Shown: positions 28,695-32,174 of the stretch, piece by piece
Numbering within the stretch: position 1 is the first letter of the stretch
How the letters are laid out: every line of letters begins with the position of its first letter
NCBI GenBank assembly: GCA_905331295.1
Contig: CAJNYD010000438.1
Span: forward strand, 62,001 to 94,174
Length of the DNA: 32,174 bases
Source: Rotaria socialis
Taxonomy: Eukaryota
Direction: 5' to 3'
Made by a program: the position numbers and the translations under genes
The notes under the pieces: generated by a model
Databases searched by the model: none
Seen by the model: only the letters and a program-made list of their open reading frames with translations
What the model was told of the DNA's origin: nothing

Positions 28695-30905
28695 TCAATT
28701 ATCATCATCACACGATGATGATGATGATGAAAGAATCGGTGGATCAATGGATGTTGTTTCTTTATCATGCAATGCTAACAAAGAAATAGAAATAAAATCA
28801 AAGAGAAGTTGTCGTTCAGCTATATTTTCAAAATATATTTCAAGTAATTGAACATAATAAAAAGCTGTATAAAGTGGCCATTGAGTTTCAATTCGATCTT
28901 GAACTAAATGACAAAAAAACGAAAGATCTATTTCATGTTGAATTCACTTTCTTTTTACCTAGTAAACTAATTTCATCGGAAGTAGTACGAAGCCATTGAC
29001 TGAATTTATCGTTATCGTTATTGATATTAGTAAGTAATGATGATGGACTATCAGCTAGAAGATTTATTTCATCAAGGGATGAATTAATAGTAGATATTTT
29101 TCGTTTTAGAGTTGAATTTAGTTCTTTTCGAGCTTCATCAAATGTGCCTACCTAAATTTAGTAAAGATTTTTAAAAAGTTGATCTTTATCCTAAAGATTA
29201 ATCGTTGAATTAAATTGACAAAAAGAAATCTTTACCATTGCTCCAATAAGTAATGGATTAAGCACGTAGCCACCAAAAAATAACCAAATCATGACATATA
29301 AATCAATGATAAATGGTTTAATTTGTATAGAATACATTTCCGTTTTAATTTCAAACCATTCATCTTTTGTAAATATACGGAAAACAGTAATAAACGCTTG
29401 AGGTACTATTAACGAAAGAAAATTCAATCGAGAATATCGAATTTTATATTCTGAAACCTGTTCCAAATAATGCATTGATTTTTTTTCTCTGCTCATTTGA
29501 TGTCGTATTCAATCCGAATTGGGTTAAATAAAGAGCAATGAGTGCAAAAAAATAATTGAGTACAATAGTTAGAAGAACAACATGAAAGATAAGTTTAACA
29601 GAACGACTAAGAGCGAAAAAAACAATTCGAACTTGTGTAAAATAAAATGCTATTTCCAGCAAACGTAGAACACGTAACATGCGTAATGTTCGTAATAAAG
29701 ATAATATTGATCCATAGGATCTAAATGCACGAAAAAAATTTATTTTTATTTAATCACAAGCGAGTAGGGATAAGAAAAAACTTCATCTTCAAATTTTTAA
29801 TAGGAAAAATGAATGTATCAACTAACATACTTAATTCGTTGTAGAGTATCAGTTGTATTTGGATTATTGTTATGAAATTTTCTATTGATTTCTATACTAT
29901 TATCATTTTTTGTATCGAAATAAATCTCATTAATTAAATTACTTAACGATATAATAGTAAGAATAAATTCAAGAATATTTGCAGGTGAATACCAGAAATT
30001 TATAAAATTTTCTAAAATAAAGAAAAAGCAACAACCTATAAAGCAGTCTTCCGCTGTGATAGAACTTACCAATCCATTTAAATATTATTTCAAATAAATA
30101 TACGAATAGAATACATCGATTTATGAATACAGCTATATTGTAAACAAGTGATTTCGAATCTTTGGGTGAACTATATTCTGATGTAATGGCAACGCTAATC
30201 TATAGTGAAAATTCATAATGAGAAAAATTCGCACCACTTAACTATTAATACGTACTACATCTAGACAAATGATTATACTAATAAACCATGTAAAAAATGA
30301 ACTATGAAGAAGCCAATGAACAAAATATCTAAACGAACTTTTTGATCGAACCATTCGATAACGTCCAATGTTTGAGCTAGAAATTGTTTGTCTCATATTT
30401 GTCGATACATTCGAAGATACAAGTTGCTAAAAATAAAATATTCCTTGATGATAGATCACCAAGAAAATACGAAACAAACTTGTTTACGAAATTGTTTATA
30501 ATTTCGAAATTTTAATGTTGCATTTCTATTTAGTTTGATTAGAGCATCATCAACTTCAGCTAAATTTGAAATTTCGTCACCTAAAGCTTGTTTGATTGGT
30601 TCAGTATATACATCGGTAACAAGAAAATGAAATAAACGTTGAAATTTCGAATGAATAAGTCGACTTTCAGATGATATAAAATCATTCGAATTTATATGAT
30701 GTGACATTAATGAACTCAGTGCTAGAAGATCATGAACCCATTCTTGTTGATTAGCACTCTGTTTATCCGATGATGCCATAGATATAGATGGATTGAATTC
30801 ATCATCAAGAAGAATTTTATTACTATTGAATAGATAATTATTATCATCTTCATCTTCATCGGTGATTTCACAAAGATCATCGTTGAATTCATTTATTGAA
30901 ACCAT
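28695..30905 (-). CDS. CATSPER2: CatSper alpha subunit, most like CatSper2 (single-repeat 6TM Ca2+ channel), 580 aa, 8 exons (30905-30480, 30426-30256, 30199-30070, 30011-29831, 29720-29458, 29405-29236, 29151-28959, 28903-28695)
   Basis: S1 SSFFTWFISIIICLD, S2 FEIIFKWIENFINFW, S3 NILEFILT, S4 LLRTLRMLRVLRLL, pore FITVFRIFTKDEW (T-x-D-x-W), S6 WLFFGGYVLNPLLIGAMV, and C-terminal ETQWPLYTAFYYVQLLEIYFENIAERQLL resembling the CatSper2 WP-x4-F-x-Y...LE...NL-x-ER tail as I recall it. All introns GT-AG; no stops in the spliced frame. Confidence 0.8.
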
Positions 30906-31215
30906 ACATGCGCTTGCAATTGCGACAATTCTAATTATTGAATAAAGAGAAAGCTTTTAAAATTGTTTTCATCAAAGGTTTAATTAGATTTCGTATTCAC
31001 GCAAAAAAGGATTATAGGACATTGGGAAACATAAATAGTTTTATATCACATTGCACATGATTAATTCGTGTGTTAAATCTATTTGCTCTTAGAGAATAAA
31101 TAGCTTTTGAAGTTACTTTACTTTATTGAACATTCTGAAGTGTTATTACCTAACAATTATAAACTAAAAATCAATTCTATAAACTGCTGAATAGGGTTAT
31201 ACATACGAATGATTG

Positions 31216-31233
31216 ATATATATATATATATAT
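31216..31233. repeat. (TA)n microsatellite
   Basis: Direct reading. Confidence 0.85.
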
Positions 31234-31794
31234 AAATTTTACAGAGCTATATCTTTACTTTACTAAACATAGATTGAAAATAACATCAATTTTTCTACCC
31301 TTAAAATCTATCAATAAAAATTTGTAGATATATTTGAGAAATAACATTTTCTTTTAAATTTGACTCTTATTCGATCAATAATTCAACATATATTTCAATG
31401 AAAGAAATGTTTGTATTCGTCAATTTATGATAATATTATTCATATTGTCGTCGTATTTTACATCAGCATGTATCCTACTCGATTAGAAATCTGAATCGAA
31501 CTATAGAAAAAAAATTCAATTATAATATGAATCAGATGTGTGTTATAACTCAACATAGTGTTCTGCCGTTCTTGAACTAATAATTTAAACAAAAAATTAT
31601 TTCTATCGTTGATAGAAATATCATGGTTGTATATATTTGATTCGATGTAGAAATAAATACAAGAGATGTCTGNTTTTTATTGCGACTTGGTATTTCCTGC
31701 CGAAAACATATTATGACATCAATCATCTTTTCACAGCAACATTTAATACTACTATACATAAACATAGAATAGAAAAGTCAATTTAATTCATATC

Positions 31795-31814
31795 ATATAT
31801 ATATATATATATAT
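31795..31814. repeat. (TA)n microsatellite
   Basis: Direct reading. Confidence 0.85.
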
Positions 31815-32174
31815 AAAGGTGTATATAGGATTCAATGGCTCTTTTATGAAACGCCGTGATGATGTGTTACGTGTACTACAGACTATTTTTTAAAGATTAC
31901 TTATATTTAGTTAATTTACCATTGATGATAAAAATAAAAGACATGTTAATAATTTTTATCGTGTCAGATCTAAATCGTTTGCATGGCGTTCATGTTATTT
32001 TGTGCCGTCAATTGTCACAAGCAATGACGATAACATCATCAAATCAGTTAACACTTATCAAGAACTAAGCGATGAATAGAAATAGGGGTGACCCTTTATT
32101 TTTATTTTCCTTTATACTAAAGGATAAAGATAAATGAATCCTTTATCTTTAGAGAATAAACGTAAATGATTGGA

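Noticed and set aside
30950..32070. Short ORFs near the right end, including one with an N at 31673
   Set aside because: AT-rich, motif-free chance ORFs; the N marks an assembly ambiguity.

Overview
AT-rich eukaryotic genomic DNA with short (mostly 49-75 nt) GT-AG introns, not a prokaryotic window. Intron size, composition, the GPCR type and bacterial/fungal-looking genes mixed with metazoan genes point to a bdelloid rotifer (inference, not proven). Manual splicing gives, left to right: the tail of an unknown gene ending in -VTRL; a PLAC8/cornifelin gene; a gene-poor stretch; a decayed 7TM GPCR pseudogene; a bacterial-type SDR with one intron; a secreted protein resembling a catalytically dead M15/DD-peptidase; an ankyrin-repeat protein; an intronless Fcy1-type cytosine deaminase; a calmodulin-like protein; a beta-propeller-like gene only 115 nt downstream of RECQL; RECQL; PKNOX/PREP; and an intact 8-exon CatSper2-like channel. 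Main leads: an intact sperm-type Ca2+ channel subunit in a probably male-less lineage, three candidate foreign genes at different stages of domestication, and an operon-like or fusion arrangement behind RECQL. Homologue assignments come from motif recognition and recalled family sequences, not database searches.
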